Source: Candidatus Cloacimonadales bacterium (lineage in GTDB: Bacteria > Cloacimonadota > Cloacimonadia > Cloacimonadales > JAIOQZ01). Taken from it: 64,000 nt of DNA. Both the position numbers and the translations under genes were made by a program. Of this stretch, positions 31,799 to 42,812 are shown piece after piece (positions within the stretch are counted from its first letter, which is position 1; each line of letters starts with the position of its first letter). The DNA lies in assembly GCA_963665815.1 (NCBI GenBank), contig OY762463.1, positions 3,712,001 through 3,776,000 of the forward strand, read 5' to 3'. The notes under the pieces were generated by a model. It was not told the origin of the DNA, did not search any database, and saw nothing but the letters and a program-made list of their open reading frames with translations.

Positions 31799-33179
31799 TG
31801 ATGAACCATTAATCAGGAGTTTTATAAGCAGCTATTTTGAGACCTCAGCAGAGTACTCTCAGTGCAATATAGACGTTGCTGTTAATGGAGAAGAGGCGAT
31901 AGCCAGAATAAAAGAAAAAGAATATGACCTGATTTTTACAGATTTGAAAATGCCTGGTAAAAGTGGATTAGATGTAATTAAATTTGCGACAGAGAATTCA
32001 CCTGCAACTGACAGTGTTCTTATTACTGCTTATGGTGGTGGTGAAAGTGCATCCAAAGCTATGGCATACGGGGCTTACGAATATATAACTAAACCTGTAG
32101 CTCTTGAAGAACTGGAAATGATTGTAAAACATATTTTTGAGCGTCAGGAGCTTATTGCAAAGAACAAAAAGCTCAGTAAACAGATTCAGGATCAGACCGG
32201 TTTCCCGAAGATTATCGGGAAAAGCAAAGCTATTTCCGATATTATGGATGTTGTGAAGATGGTTGCCAGGACTAATTCTACTGTTCTTATTACAGGGGAA
32301 AGTGGTACCGGTAAAGAGCTCATTGCAGAAGCAATTCATGGTCTCAGTAGTAGAAATGAGAATAACTTTGTTAAAATAAACTGTGCAGCACTCCCGGAAA
32401 ACCTGATAGAAAGTGAACTTTTTGGTTTTGAGAAAGGAGCTTTTACCGGAGCTATTAAGAGAACTCGTGGTAAGTTTGAGATGGCTGACAAGGGATCAAT
32501 CCTTCTTGATGAGATCAGTGAAATGAATCTTGATCTACAGGCAAAACTTCTCAGGGTTATTCAGGAAAAGGAAATTGTAAGGATAGGGAGCGAAACTCCT
32601 CAGAAAATAGATGTAAGAATTGTTGCAACTTCAAACAGAGAGCTTTCAAGGTACGTAGAAGAAGGAAAATTCAGAGAAGACTTGTTCTTCAGGTTGAATA
32701 TTATTCCGGTTCATTTACCTCCGCTAAGAAAGCGTAAAGATGATATTCCTCTTATTGCTGAAAGCTTCGTTAAAAAAATCTGTTTCAATCTGGGAACTCC
32801 AAAGAAAGTAATCTCAGACTCTGCTATGCAGCTGCTTGTAGAGTATGATTGGCCTGGAAATATAAGAGAACTGCAGAATGCTGTAGAACGAGCTGTGATA
32901 ACAAATCCTCAGGATGTTTTGACAACAGAATCTTTTCAGTTTCTTGGATATTTATTCAAGAACAGAACTGTGGATTCCGGATCAGAAAAAGAAGAGATTA
33001 TTCAAAAACCTGTTAGAACAGAAAGCAGTGTAATGACTATTGCTGAAATGGAAAAACAGATGATTTTTGATACTCTCGAAAAAACAGGAAACAACAGGAC
33101 TGAAGCTGCAAAAATTCTCGGTATTACTACACGGACACTCAGAAATAAACTGCATCAATACGAGAGTGAGGAAGAGTAG
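31773..33179 (+). CDS. Sigma-54-dependent response regulator (FleR/FlrC-like)
   Basis: REC + GESGTGKE + GAFTGA + WPGNIREL + Fis-type HTH. Confidence 0.93.
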   Translation: MKKKILIVDDEPLIRSFISSYFETSAEYSQCNIDVAVNGEEAIARIKEKEYDLIFTDLKMPGKSGLDVIKFATENSPATDSVLITAYGGGESASKAMAYGAYEYITKPVALEELEMIVKHIFERQELIAKNKKLSKQIQDQTGFPKIIGKSKAISDIMDVVKMVARTNSTVLITGESGTGKELIAEAIHGLSSRNENNFVKINCAALPENLIESELFGFEKGAFTGAIKRTRGKFEMADKGSILLDEISEMNLDLQAKLLRVIQEKEIVRIGSETPQKIDVRIVATSNRELSRYVEEGKFREDLFFRLNIIPVHLPPLRKRKDDIPLIAESFVKKICFNLGTPKKVISDSAMQLLVEYDWPGNIRELQNAVERAVITNPQDVLTTESFQFLGYLFKNRTVDSGSEKEEIIQKPVRTESSVMTIAEMEKQMIFDTLEKTGNNRTEAAKILGITTRTLRNKLHQYESEEE

Positions 33180-33186
33180 AGTTTGA

Positions 33187-34125
33187 ATGACAGATATTGA
33201 ATTAACTGATTTATCAGATTTAGCCAATAGTAATAGTGTGTTTACCGATACAGAATGGTTGAAATCAATTCGGGAGAATTTCGGTTATAATATATGTGTA
33301 CTCAGTATAAATGAAAAAGACAAAAGCTTTATAATACCCCTTTTCAGTAGAAAGAAATTCTCACTTAAACAGATAATTATGCCATTGTATCTTCCGTATA
33401 CAGCCTATGTATCCCCCGACTCAAGTTTATCAAAAGATGGAATCGACAGGTTGTGCTTGTTTCTAAAAAAAAGGTTCTTCTCCGGTAAATTTGCTTTTAT
33501 TGTATCACAATCTGATAAAGAATGGGGAACATCTAAGTATACGATAGAAAGGAATACATTTTTACTTGATCTTGAGAGCAATACTTTTGACAACTACAGT
33601 AAATCCAAACGTAAAAAATGCAGAAAGCTCATCAGGGAATATGATATACAGACAGTGAAAGAGAAAAATCTGGAATTGTTCTATAAGCTTGAAGATAAAA
33701 CTTTTGGACGAAAGAACAGCAGTCCTTTGGGTAATAGAGAACAGGAACGCGGATTTATTGAGGATCAGTTGGAGAATGGTAATATGACTCAATGGGTCTT
33801 CTACGATGGCTCGAATGTAACGGGCACAAAGATTGTGATTAATGATTACAAACAGGAAACAGTATATGCGTGGAAAGGCTATACAGATCCTGAGTATCTG
33901 GAAAAGGGTTTTTCTATACTTCTGACTCATCTTATGATTGAAGAATCAAAAAAGGCTTTCAGGTTCTACAATTTTCATGGGGCTAATATTGAGAGTTTTG
34001 CATCATTTAAAAAAGGATTTGGAGGTGTACTCAAATCTTATTATGAGTTTAATTGGACAAAATTACCAGAACTTGTAGCCTTTGTACAGAGGATCAAAAA
34101 TGATAGCAATATTTTTAGATTATAA
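33187..34125 (+). CDS. GNAT/FemAB-like acyltransferase
   Basis: C-terminal YNFHGAN...FKKGFGG pattern of polysaccharide-cluster GNAT proteins. Confidence 0.7.
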   Translation: MTDIELTDLSDLANSNSVFTDTEWLKSIRENFGYNICVLSINEKDKSFIIPLFSRKKFSLKQIIMPLYLPYTAYVSPDSSLSKDGIDRLCLFLKKRFFSGKFAFIVSQSDKEWGTSKYTIERNTFLLDLESNTFDNYSKSKRKKCRKLIREYDIQTVKEKNLELFYKLEDKTFGRKNSSPLGNREQERGFIEDQLENGNMTQWVFYDGSNVTGTKIVINDYKQETVYAWKGYTDPEYLEKGFSILLTHLMIEESKKAFRFYNFHGANIESFASFKKGFGGVLKSYYEFNWTKLPELVAFVQRIKNDSNIFRL

Positions 34126-35830
34126 ACTGGAGCGTTTCAGCAATAAGATTAAGTATGTCTGTGATTTTGTATTCAGTACTCTTGGTTATAATTACAGATT
34201 CATACGCAAGATGAGTGAACTTGATGACGGTGATATACTTTTTCTATACAGTTTAATAGAACCTACACAGGAAGAAATTCAATATGTCTCACGAGATAGA
34301 ATAACTTTCTATTCTCCATTTTATGAGTACCTGTATCAATCACAGTTGATTCCTGCAAGAAAGTTCTCAGATTACATTAAAGAAGTAAAATTCAATAAAA
34401 ACATACCAATTATATCTGAAAAGGATATAAAAAATCCTATTTCATTCAGAAAAGATGAGAGGACTTATCTCGGGTATTTTCATTTTGATATATTAGGAAA
34501 CATCTTTTATCACATGCTTGATCATAAGGATTATTATAAAGACAGAAATAATGTTCAGCATTTTAAAGATACAGATAACCCATTCCATAATTATACAGGA
34601 ATTCCATACATTAACGAGCTGTTAAATGTAATTGATCTTTTCTTCTCGGAATCAGCAGAAAATTCAGGAAAGTATCTTGTGAAGAAATCATATTGGCCTA
34701 ATGCAGAGAAATATGCTGTTTCAGTATCTCATAATGTCCTCCGATTACAGAAGTGGTCGTATCTTCAGTTATTCAATTCGTTTTTTACAGATTTCTTTCT
34801 GTTTTTTACATTTAAATGGAAAATACTGGCAAAGAACTTTGTAGAGAAGATTAAGTATATTGTAACTAATTTTGAGCCATACTGGAATTTTGATTTTATT
34901 CTGAAACTTGAAGAAACATACAAAATAAAAAGTACATTTTTCTTCTGTACTGAAACAAAAGCAAGGGAAGATGCTGATTATAGTCTGGATGATCCGGATA
35001 TCCTGAAAACAGCAGATATTCTGAAGAAGAGTAATAAGGAGATTTCACTTCTTGGATCTTATCTTTCTTACAAGAATGATATTCTCGACAACCAGAAGTA
35101 TAAGCTAATGGAATCATTCAATCTTATGGAGACTGGAGTGAGGCAGAACAACTACAGGTTTTCCGCAGACCATACTCCGGAGTTTCATCAGAAACTGAAA
35201 GTTGTATATGATTCATCAATATCTAATCGGGAAACAAGTGGTTTTTCAAATGGTATAGCATTCCCATATAAACATTTTTCACCGAGTTCAAGACTCAGTA
35301 AACATTATAATTATCTGGAAATGCCGGTAATGTTTAATGATGAGGTTCTGAAGATTTCTCCTTATAAATGTGTTTCATTTGAAAGGGCAAAGGAAATTGT
35401 GAAAAGATTGTTCAGCAATGTGGAAAAAACAAACGGTATGCTGAATCTTGCATTTAATATTTCAAATTTTACAGACATTCCATATGGTAAGAAATTATAT
35501 ACATATATAATAGAATATATTTCACAGCAAAATGCTTTTCAGTATACACTTATGGGATTGGCGAAATGGTGGAAAAAAAGGGCAGGTGTTGAGATAATTG
35601 AATATCCGGAAGAAGTGATTGTACATTTTACTGAGAGTATTTCTCAATTCTCCCTCCAGATTTTTGGAAATGTGGAGATTATAGAAGTAAGAGATGTCGA
35701 ATCAAAAGTTCGAGATAGAGTCATTACATTACTCAATCTTAAGAAAGACAGCACAGCGAGAATTATTCTTAAAAGATCACTTCAGGATGTATACAGAGAA
35801 TTGAAGGAACAGGATCAGACGGGAGAATAA
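34100..35830 (+). CDS. Polysaccharide deacetylase-like protein (metal ligands apparently degenerate)
   Basis: WPNAEKYAVSVSHNV, KSTFFF, EISLLGSY, GVRQNNYRF, YDSS, LEMPV. ATG at 34100 chosen over the TTG at 34082. Confidence 0.7.
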   Translation: MIAIFLDYKLERFSNKIKYVCDFVFSTLGYNYRFIRKMSELDDGDILFLYSLIEPTQEEIQYVSRDRITFYSPFYEYLYQSQLIPARKFSDYIKEVKFNKNIPIISEKDIKNPISFRKDERTYLGYFHFDILGNIFYHMLDHKDYYKDRNNVQHFKDTDNPFHNYTGIPYINELLNVIDLFFSESAENSGKYLVKKSYWPNAEKYAVSVSHNVLRLQKWSYLQLFNSFFTDFFLFFTFKWKILAKNFVEKIKYIVTNFEPYWNFDFILKLEETYKIKSTFFFCTETKAREDADYSLDDPDILKTADILKKSNKEISLLGSYLSYKNDILDNQKYKLMESFNLMETGVRQNNYRFSADHTPEFHQKLKVVYDSSISNRETSGFSNGIAFPYKHFSPSSRLSKHYNYLEMPVMFNDEVLKISPYKCVSFERAKEIVKRLFSNVEKTNGMLNLAFNISNFTDIPYGKKLYTYIIEYISQQNAFQYTLMGLAKWWKKRAGVEIIEYPEEVIVHFTESISQFSLQIFGNVEIIEVRDVESKVRDRVITLLNLKKDSTARIILKRSLQDVYRELKEQDQTGE

Positions 35831-38203
35831 GTGAAAATTGCGATCATTACAAACAGTCATATCCCGCTTGATACACGAGTTTATCATAAAATAGCTCTTT
35901 CTTTGTCCGAAAAACATCAGGTAAGAATTTTTAATACATTTCCGTCACCTCAGACAATAATGAGTAATCCATCTTTTGAGCAGATTAAGGACAAACGAAA
36001 GTGTGTTCAGCTACGTTCATTTTATTATAAAGTGAAGGATTATAACCCTGAAGTAGTTATTTGCGTTGAGCCTATAACTCTTATTGTTGGGATTAAACTA
36101 AAACGTAAACTCAATTGCAGGCTTGTTTATGATTGCCATGAATTTTTCGCAATGGCTTTTTCAGAACGTTTTAAGAATCCTATCATCAGAAATCTGGCAT
36201 ATCGGTTTTACTATACTCTGGAAAATTTTCTTCTGAGATATACAGATGCAAGCATTACAGTAAATGAGTATCTCGGGGCAAGACTGGCTGAAGCCGGGGA
36301 TAATGTACATATATGTGCAAATAATCCTGTTGCAGGAATAAAAGAACGAAAAACGGGTATCGTAAAAAAGAAATACGATTTCATATATGCAGGTGGAATA
36401 TCTTATGACAGAGGACTGAAACTCATACTTGAAGCTTGCAGGAAGCTCAAAAAACAGAACATAGATTTTAAATTTCTTTTTATGGGTAAATTTATCAATG
36501 AGGATGTGAAGAAATATTTCCATGAATTTTTAGAGGAAAACGGATTAACGAAAAATTTGCTTTATTTTGGAATCATTCCGCATGAACGGGTATTTCATTA
36601 TCTGGAGCAATCAAAATTTGGCGTAATGATGACGAATCCGGATATCAGACGGTACAGGCTGACTCTGAGCTTGAAAGTGCTTGAATATATGGAAGCAGGA
36701 ATTCCTGTTCTTGTTAATGAATATCCTATTATGAAACGCAGAATTATTAAGACCGGAACAGGAATTTCTTCGGAATATTCTGCTGATGCATTTGCAGATG
36801 TTATGCTTCGATGTATGGGAATCGCAGATAAAGAATCAGAATATAAAGTTCTTTGTGAGAAAGCTGCTGAGCTCTACAAAAAGAAATACACCTGGGAATC
36901 ACAGATTGAAGAATTGCATGAAGCTGTAAAACTGAGAGATAGAAAAAAAATGCTTCTTTTTGCTTATTTCTTCCCTCCATTGGGAGGTCCCGGAGTGCAG
37001 CGTCCATGTAAAATGGTAAAATATCTGAAAAGATCAAACATTGATACTGATGTTGTATCTGTCAGGAATATCCAGTTTCATTCATACGACGAGAACATGA
37101 CAAAAGAGTGCAGGGCAGAATCTGTTATAAGAACTTTTACCGCTGATCCAATGGGGATACTTTATATCTTGAAGAAGTTCAGTAAGCAGAAGACTGATGA
37201 AATTTACTTCAAGACCAGTGAAACTAAAAAGAAACTGATCAGGGCAATATTTCCTGTCGATGAGAAGATACTCTGGCTTCCATTTGCTCTGGTTTCTGCG
37301 TTCAAAGCTGTTCTTGCAAAAAAGTATGATTACGTAATGGCTACAATTGGTCCATATACAAGTGGAGTGGCAGCATATATTGTCAGTATAATTTCCGGGA
37401 AACCTTTAGTTATTGATTATAGAGACCACTGGACTTTAAACAGATATCTTTTCTATGCCACAAAGTTACACCAGAGAATATCTGAAAATTTCGAACAAAA
37501 AATACTCAGTAGAGCGAAAATAGTAACTACCGTTTCTGAAACAATGAAAGAAGAATTGATTGGGAAATTCGGGGAACATCTCAGAAAAAAAATGCTTGTA
37601 ATGTATAATGGATGGGATGACGAGGATTTCTCAGAACTAAAAGAGAAAGAAGAAGGTAAACTCGTTTTCAGTTATGTAGGCAATTTTTATGGTAACAGAA
37701 GTCCTGAGTTTCTGGTTAATGTATTAAAGGAACTGAAAACAGAGAACATGCTGCCGGATAATGTGCTTTTCCGGTTTGTTGGTAATTATCATATTGAATG
37801 GCAAAAAATGCTTGATTGTCCTGAGCTGGAAGGATTTGTCGATATTGTTCCTCAGGTAACTCATGAAAAGGCAGTTGATATTATGCAGAACTCTGATGTC
37901 TTACTGCTGTTTATTGCAACAGCAAGTGGAAAGAATGTACTTACAGGTAAGATATTCGAGTATTTAAGAACAGGAAATGAAATATTTGCAATGGTTCCCG
38001 AAAAAGGAGACGCTGAAATACTTTTGAAATCAGAGAATTACGATCATATATGTCCGATGGAGGATGTGCAATCAATAAGAAATCACCTTATTATGTTGTT
38101 TAAGAACAATAGCAGAGCAGTGAAAACACGTAAGGTTAATTCAGAATATTCCAGAGAGAATCAGGTTAAAAAATTGGTAGAGCATTTAAGAGACGGTGGA
38201 TGA
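35831..38203 (+). CDS. Tandem fusion of two GT4 (GT-B) glycosyltransferases
   Basis: First unit DTRVYHK...YDCHE...KVLEYMEAGIP; second unit AYFFPPLGGPGVQR...DYRDHW...GKIFEYL. Confidence 0.88.
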   Translation: MKIAIITNSHIPLDTRVYHKIALSLSEKHQVRIFNTFPSPQTIMSNPSFEQIKDKRKCVQLRSFYYKVKDYNPEVVICVEPITLIVGIKLKRKLNCRLVYDCHEFFAMAFSERFKNPIIRNLAYRFYYTLENFLLRYTDASITVNEYLGARLAEAGDNVHICANNPVAGIKERKTGIVKKKYDFIYAGGISYDRGLKLILEACRKLKKQNIDFKFLFMGKFINEDVKKYFHEFLEENGLTKNLLYFGIIPHERVFHYLEQSKFGVMMTNPDIRRYRLTLSLKVLEYMEAGIPVLVNEYPIMKRRIIKTGTGISSEYSADAFADVMLRCMGIADKESEYKVLCEKAAELYKKKYTWESQIEELHEAVKLRDRKKMLLFAYFFPPLGGPGVQRPCKMVKYLKRSNIDTDVVSVRNIQFHSYDENMTKECRAESVIRTFTADPMGILYILKKFSKQKTDEIYFKTSETKKKLIRAIFPVDEKILWLPFALVSAFKAVLAKKYDYVMATIGPYTSGVAAYIVSIISGKPLVIDYRDHWTLNRYLFYATKLHQRISENFEQKILSRAKIVTTVSETMKEELIGKFGEHLRKKMLVMYNGWDDEDFSELKEKEEGKLVFSYVGNFYGNRSPEFLVNVLKELKTENMLPDNVLFRFVGNYHIEWQKMLDCPELEGFVDIVPQVTHEKAVDIMQNSDVLLLFIATASGKNVLTGKIFEYLRTGNEIFAMVPEKGDAEILLKSENYDHICPMEDVQSIRNHLIMLFKNNSRAVKTRKVNSEYSRENQVKKLVEHLRDGG

Positions 38204-39306
38204 AAAAGAAGGTACTTCATATACAATTACTCCCAATTCTTTCCGGAGTACAGAAAATAAGTCTACAGATTTTTGAAAATCTCAGAGATGATTTCGAGAT
38301 GTGGCTGCTGTGTGCGCCCCAACCTGATGGAAGAAGCGATTCGTTGATTACCGAAGCAAAGAAACTGGGAGTAAATGTGCATGTTGAAGGGCTTCTTAAA
38401 AGGAATCTTAATCTGGGTGATTTCAGAGTGTTTTACAGAATTTACCGATTTATAAAAGAAAATAACTTTGATATTGTTCATACTCATTCATCAAAGACAG
38501 GATTTTTAGGCAGAATTGCTGCAAAACTTGCAGGTGTACCAGAAGTAATTCATACGATTCATGGTTATCCTTTTCATCCTTATCAGTCTCCAGAGACAAG
38601 AATGTTTTACAAGATGTTGGAGAAGATAGCAGCAGGATTTGCCGATATGAATGTGTTTGTGAATAAGTATGAACGTCAATTGGCTTTGACTGAACATCTT
38701 GTAGGTGAAAGAAATTCTAAAACAATATTCAATGGAATAGATGTCCCAGGTGAGAAAGCTGCTGGCAGCAAAGGGGAAAAGATCATTGTTGTAAGTGTCT
38801 GCAGGTTTTCTGCACAGAAAAACATAAGATCAACAATTAGAACTGCAGTGAGAGTATGCCGGAAATCAGAAGATCTGGATTTTTATTTTATAGGTAATGG
38901 TGAATTTTTCGAATCATGTAGAAGAGTGGTTTCAGAGGCAGGCTTAACAGACAGAATCCATCTTCCGGGATGGTCAAAGAATGTCAGTGAGTATTACAGA
39001 AAAGCAGATGTATTTCTGCTTAATTCAAAATGGGAAGGATTACCTGTTTCAATATTGGAAGCTATGTCTTACGGATTGCCTGTTATTGCATCGAATATCA
39101 AGGGTAATAATGAGCTTGTAACAAGCGAAAACGGGTATCTTGTGGATGTCATGAATCCGAGAGAGTTGGAACATATATTGCTTCAAATTCCCGGGAAGAA
39201 AAAAACACTGCATTTTCTTGGTGACAAATCATTGGAAAGAATTAGAAATGACTTCAATCTGAATGATTTTGTTACAGCTTATAAGGAGCTTTATATTAAT
39301 GGATAA
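38200..39306 (+). CDS. Glycosyltransferase family 4
   Basis: HTHSSKTGFLGR, SKWEGLPVSILEAM. Confidence 0.92.
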   Translation: MKKKVLHIQLLPILSGVQKISLQIFENLRDDFEMWLLCAPQPDGRSDSLITEAKKLGVNVHVEGLLKRNLNLGDFRVFYRIYRFIKENNFDIVHTHSSKTGFLGRIAAKLAGVPEVIHTIHGYPFHPYQSPETRMFYKMLEKIAAGFADMNVFVNKYERQLALTEHLVGERNSKTIFNGIDVPGEKAAGSKGEKIIVVSVCRFSAQKNIRSTIRTAVRVCRKSEDLDFYFIGNGEFFESCRRVVSEAGLTDRIHLPGWSKNVSEYYRKADVFLLNSKWEGLPVSILEAMSYGLPVIASNIKGNNELVTSENGYLVDVMNPRELEHILLQIPGKKKTLHFLGDKSLERIRNDFNLNDFVTAYKELYING

Positions 39307-40390
39307 ATTTCTTGTTGACTTGATTTACTCTTTTGTATGGGGATTTCTCAGTACATATTTGTTTATATCCTTTTATATTAAGTTTGCTGGTAAACTTGGA
39401 ATGGTTGCAATTCCTAATGAACGCACAATTCATTTGAAACCAATCCCAACATCAGGTGGAATATGTTTTGGAATGAGTTTTTTATTAGGATTATTCTTTT
39501 TAACACTAAGATACAAAAATATTTATAATGGTTTTGTTGTACCTATAATTATTGGTGGTACATTTACTTTATTAATTGGGGTGATAGATGATAGATTTGA
39601 TCTGAAAGCAACAATTAAGCTTTGTTTGCAGATTATTGTTGTAAGTTTTGTTTATTGGAAAGGAATAAGAATTGATCAACTGACAAATCCTTTTGGACCT
39701 GAATTCCAACTGCATTATTTCGCTTATCCTGTTACATTGATCTGGTATCTGTTTCTGATGAATGCAGTGAATCTTGTTGATGGAATGGATGGACTGGCAT
39801 CCGGGATTGTTTCAATAGCATCATTTGTATTACTGATTGTCGGATTAATGTATGACAACTTTCTAATGGTTGTCTTAACGTCATTGCTTTTATCATCGAA
39901 TCTGGCATTTCTGATATTTAATTTTAATCCTGCAAAAATCTTTATGGGAGATTCCGGTGCATTATTTCTTGGTTTTGTTATGGCGTCGTTGTCTATTGCA
40001 GGAAATGGTCAGTTCAAGGGTATTACGGCAATGACTCTGCTTATCCCCCTGCTGACACTATTTGTGCCTATATTTGATACTCTTAGTTCAGTGATCAGGC
40101 GAGTAATGAATAATAAGCACATTTTCAAAGCAGATGATGATCATTTGCATCATAGACTGCTTCAGCTTGGTTTCAGTCAGAAAACTGTTGTACTGATCGT
40201 TTATTTCATTACATTTCTGTTTGGACTGATTGCTCTTGGATTTTCCTTTACAACAAAGAAAATAGTAATGATTCTATTCCTTTTTATGGCTATAGCATTG
40301 ACCGTGATGCTATATTATATTTTAAGACAAATAAAAAAAGTTCTGATTATTAATGATAAAAATGGTGAAAAATCAAACAATGGAGAATAA
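39299..40390 (+). CDS. wecA: Undecaprenyl-phosphate GlcNAc-1-phosphate transferase (WecA/TagO)
   Basis: GVIDD, NAVNLVDGMDGL, FMGDSG, HLHHRL; start placed at the ATG overlapping the upstream stop. Confidence 0.88.
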   Translation: MDKFLVDLIYSFVWGFLSTYLFISFYIKFAGKLGMVAIPNERTIHLKPIPTSGGICFGMSFLLGLFFLTLRYKNIYNGFVVPIIIGGTFTLLIGVIDDRFDLKATIKLCLQIIVVSFVYWKGIRIDQLTNPFGPEFQLHYFAYPVTLIWYLFLMNAVNLVDGMDGLASGIVSIASFVLLIVGLMYDNFLMVVLTSLLLSSNLAFLIFNFNPAKIFMGDSGALFLGFVMASLSIAGNGQFKGITAMTLLIPLLTLFVPIFDTLSSVIRRVMNNKHIFKADDDHLHHRLLQLGFSQKTVVLIVYFITFLFGLIALGFSFTTKKIVMILFLFMAIALTVMLYYILRQIKKVLIINDKNGEKSNNGE

Positions 40391-42811
40391 ATGAAAGTCA
40401 AAACAGCAGTATTGATAATATTAAGCATTATTTCTTCTCTAACAGCTGTGAGAAGTTGGAATTTATATACAAACACAACTCATATATATGATTTTGAGAA
40501 AATTGGTGATGAAATATATATTGCAACATGGGGTGGTGTTGAAGTTTATAATCTTAAGACAGGAGAACTTACAAACAAATTTGTAAGAGAATCCGGTTTT
40601 GAATCTATGAAAATACATACAATCGAATATTCTGAAACAACCGGAGATATTCTTTTTGGCTCTGACGAAGATGGAGTATTCAGATATAATGACGGGAAAT
40701 TCCTTATCAGTTTAAAGAACGAGAATGGACTCCCTGATAATAACGTAAATGATATGATTATGACAGAAGACCTTATATATGTAGCAACAGACTTAGGGCT
40801 TGCAGTATATGAGAACAAATCAGAATATCCTTTTCCTCTCGTTGAAAACATATTTAACAGTTCAAACGGTATGACTGAAGATATTGTTGAATCAATTGTA
40901 TTGACTGAAGATAACTATCTATTATGCATAAGATCAAGCAGCATAGATTATGTTCATGCTGATTCAATGCTGATTAAAAACAGTTGGCATACTTTAAGAT
41001 CTGAAGATCTTGGTGAGGATGTTACAGATTTGATCTGCTGTAGCGAAAATAATAATCTTGTTGCGTTAAGTGTTAACAATGGACTTCTTATCTGGCCGGA
41101 TTTCCCTGTTGGAATGCCTTATGCCTCAACCGTACCGGATATTGAAAATGGAGCTTATCCCTTATATATTGATGAGGAAAACAACATCTGGACCAGTCTG
41201 GCATATTGGGACATAAATGAAGAAGTCTTTCTGAATGCGGGAACAACTGAGCTTGTTAAAATCAAAAATGACGGTACATATGAAATAACAGATATCCAGA
41301 ACGTAACAGATAAAGCAATAAGTAAGATCACATTAATGGATGACAGATTATATCTTGGTTCCTGGGGGGACGGGATAATTTTTGAAGATACCGATAATGA
41401 ATGGGTGTCAATTAAAACGGAAACAATCTGTACAAATCCTGTAACTGAAATTGAAGCAGATGATAATGGTAGAATATGGGTTTGCAACGGGTTTATTGGG
41501 GTTGATGAAACAAAAAGTGGTGCAAAAGGTGTTTCTGTATTTGATTACTCAACCGATTCCTGGGAAACCTACTCTTATAATAACTCGGATTTAGTCGGCA
41601 ATAACATATTTACATTATGTGCTGCTGATAATCAAATCTGGATGGGAGCGTTTGGATATTACCTCGATGTCGGCTGGTTAAATGGAGTTACTGTTATTCA
41701 GGACGTCTATACTGAGGATGAAGCTTGGTTTAATTTGACTCGCAGCAATGGACTTGCAGGGAATACAATTGGTCATATTTCGGTTAAGAGTGAGGATGAA
41801 ATATGGGTAAGCAGCTACGGAAGTGGTGTGGTTTCGTATAATATATCTTCTGGAGAGACAACAGTTTATTCTGTTCCCGGAAGAAATCAGACTGTTGAAA
41901 TAATGATTCTTGGTGAAGATACAAATGATACGAATGATGATCAGATCTGGTTTGGATCCAAACATGACGGCTTGAAAGTATTGAATGGTTATGGAGTTCC
42001 GGAAAGTTCCACAGATTATCATTGGGAACTGGTTGATGCTCCTGAGCTGAGAGCCAGTTGTGAAATAAACGGATTTGCTCATTACAACAGAGATGGGAAA
42101 GATGACTACTGGATTACATCCAATAAAGGCGTTTTTTTCTACGATAATGTAGATAAAGAATGGCATAAACTTGGTGTTATCTATAAAAGAGAAACCCTGA
42201 TAAATGGAAGATGGCAGATAAAAAGTGATTATGACAAATACTATGTTGACGAAACAAAACTCTATGGTGCTGAGAATGCAACACCTACGTGTATAGAAAT
42301 TGATGCTGATGGAGATGTCTGGATAGGTACTGCTGATTATGGAATTTCTGTCTATAACTATGAAAATGATTCCTATACTCTTTTTGATAAAGATAATACA
42401 CCTCTAATGACAAATTTTATTACAGATCTTGAGTTTGAAGGCCATTCCGGAAGAATGTATATTGGAACTACCGATGGATTGGTTTCTGTTGAAGTTGGTA
42501 AAGATAAGAGGACAGTTGATGATACATCCGATATGATTGTGTATCCAAATCCTTTCTATCCGGATAAAGGTGATGTAGTAAAGATAAGAAACAGCATAGG
42601 TAACGGTTCTATGCCTTCAGATTCGTACATGTGCAGAATTTTTGATGTTTCAGGAAAACTCGTGATTGAAATGGAACAAAATTCACACTATGATTTTGAT
42701 TGGAACGGGAAGAACCTTGCAGGAAAAGACTGCAGTTCAGGAATTTATTACTATGTAGTTTATGATAATGATGGAGATGTGCAAAAAGGTAAAATTGCTC
42801 TCATTCGCTGA
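40391..42811 (+). CDS. PorZ-like two-component-regulator propeller protein with Por-type C-terminal domain
   Basis: Repeated GLP.N.V and IWVGT-type blades; tail VYPNPF...WNGKNLAGKDCSSGIYYY...GKIALIR. Confidence 0.75.
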   Translation: MKVKTAVLIILSIISSLTAVRSWNLYTNTTHIYDFEKIGDEIYIATWGGVEVYNLKTGELTNKFVRESGFESMKIHTIEYSETTGDILFGSDEDGVFRYNDGKFLISLKNENGLPDNNVNDMIMTEDLIYVATDLGLAVYENKSEYPFPLVENIFNSSNGMTEDIVESIVLTEDNYLLCIRSSSIDYVHADSMLIKNSWHTLRSEDLGEDVTDLICCSENNNLVALSVNNGLLIWPDFPVGMPYASTVPDIENGAYPLYIDEENNIWTSLAYWDINEEVFLNAGTTELVKIKNDGTYEITDIQNVTDKAISKITLMDDRLYLGSWGDGIIFEDTDNEWVSIKTETICTNPVTEIEADDNGRIWVCNGFIGVDETKSGAKGVSVFDYSTDSWETYSYNNSDLVGNNIFTLCAADNQIWMGAFGYYLDVGWLNGVTVIQDVYTEDEAWFNLTRSNGLAGNTIGHISVKSEDEIWVSSYGSGVVSYNISSGETTVYSVPGRNQTVEIMILGEDTNDTNDDQIWFGSKHDGLKVLNGYGVPESSTDYHWELVDAPELRASCEINGFAHYNRDGKDDYWITSNKGVFFYDNVDKEWHKLGVIYKRETLINGRWQIKSDYDKYYVDETKLYGAENATPTCIEIDADGDVWIGTADYGISVYNYENDSYTLFDKDNTPLMTNFITDLEFEGHSGRMYIGTTDGLVSVEVGKDKRTVDDTSDMIVYPNPFYPDKGDVVKIRNSIGNGSMPSDSYMCRIFDVSGKLVIEMEQNSHYDFDWNGKNLAGKDCSSGIYYYVVYDNDGDVQKGKIALIR

Positions 42812-42812
42812 T

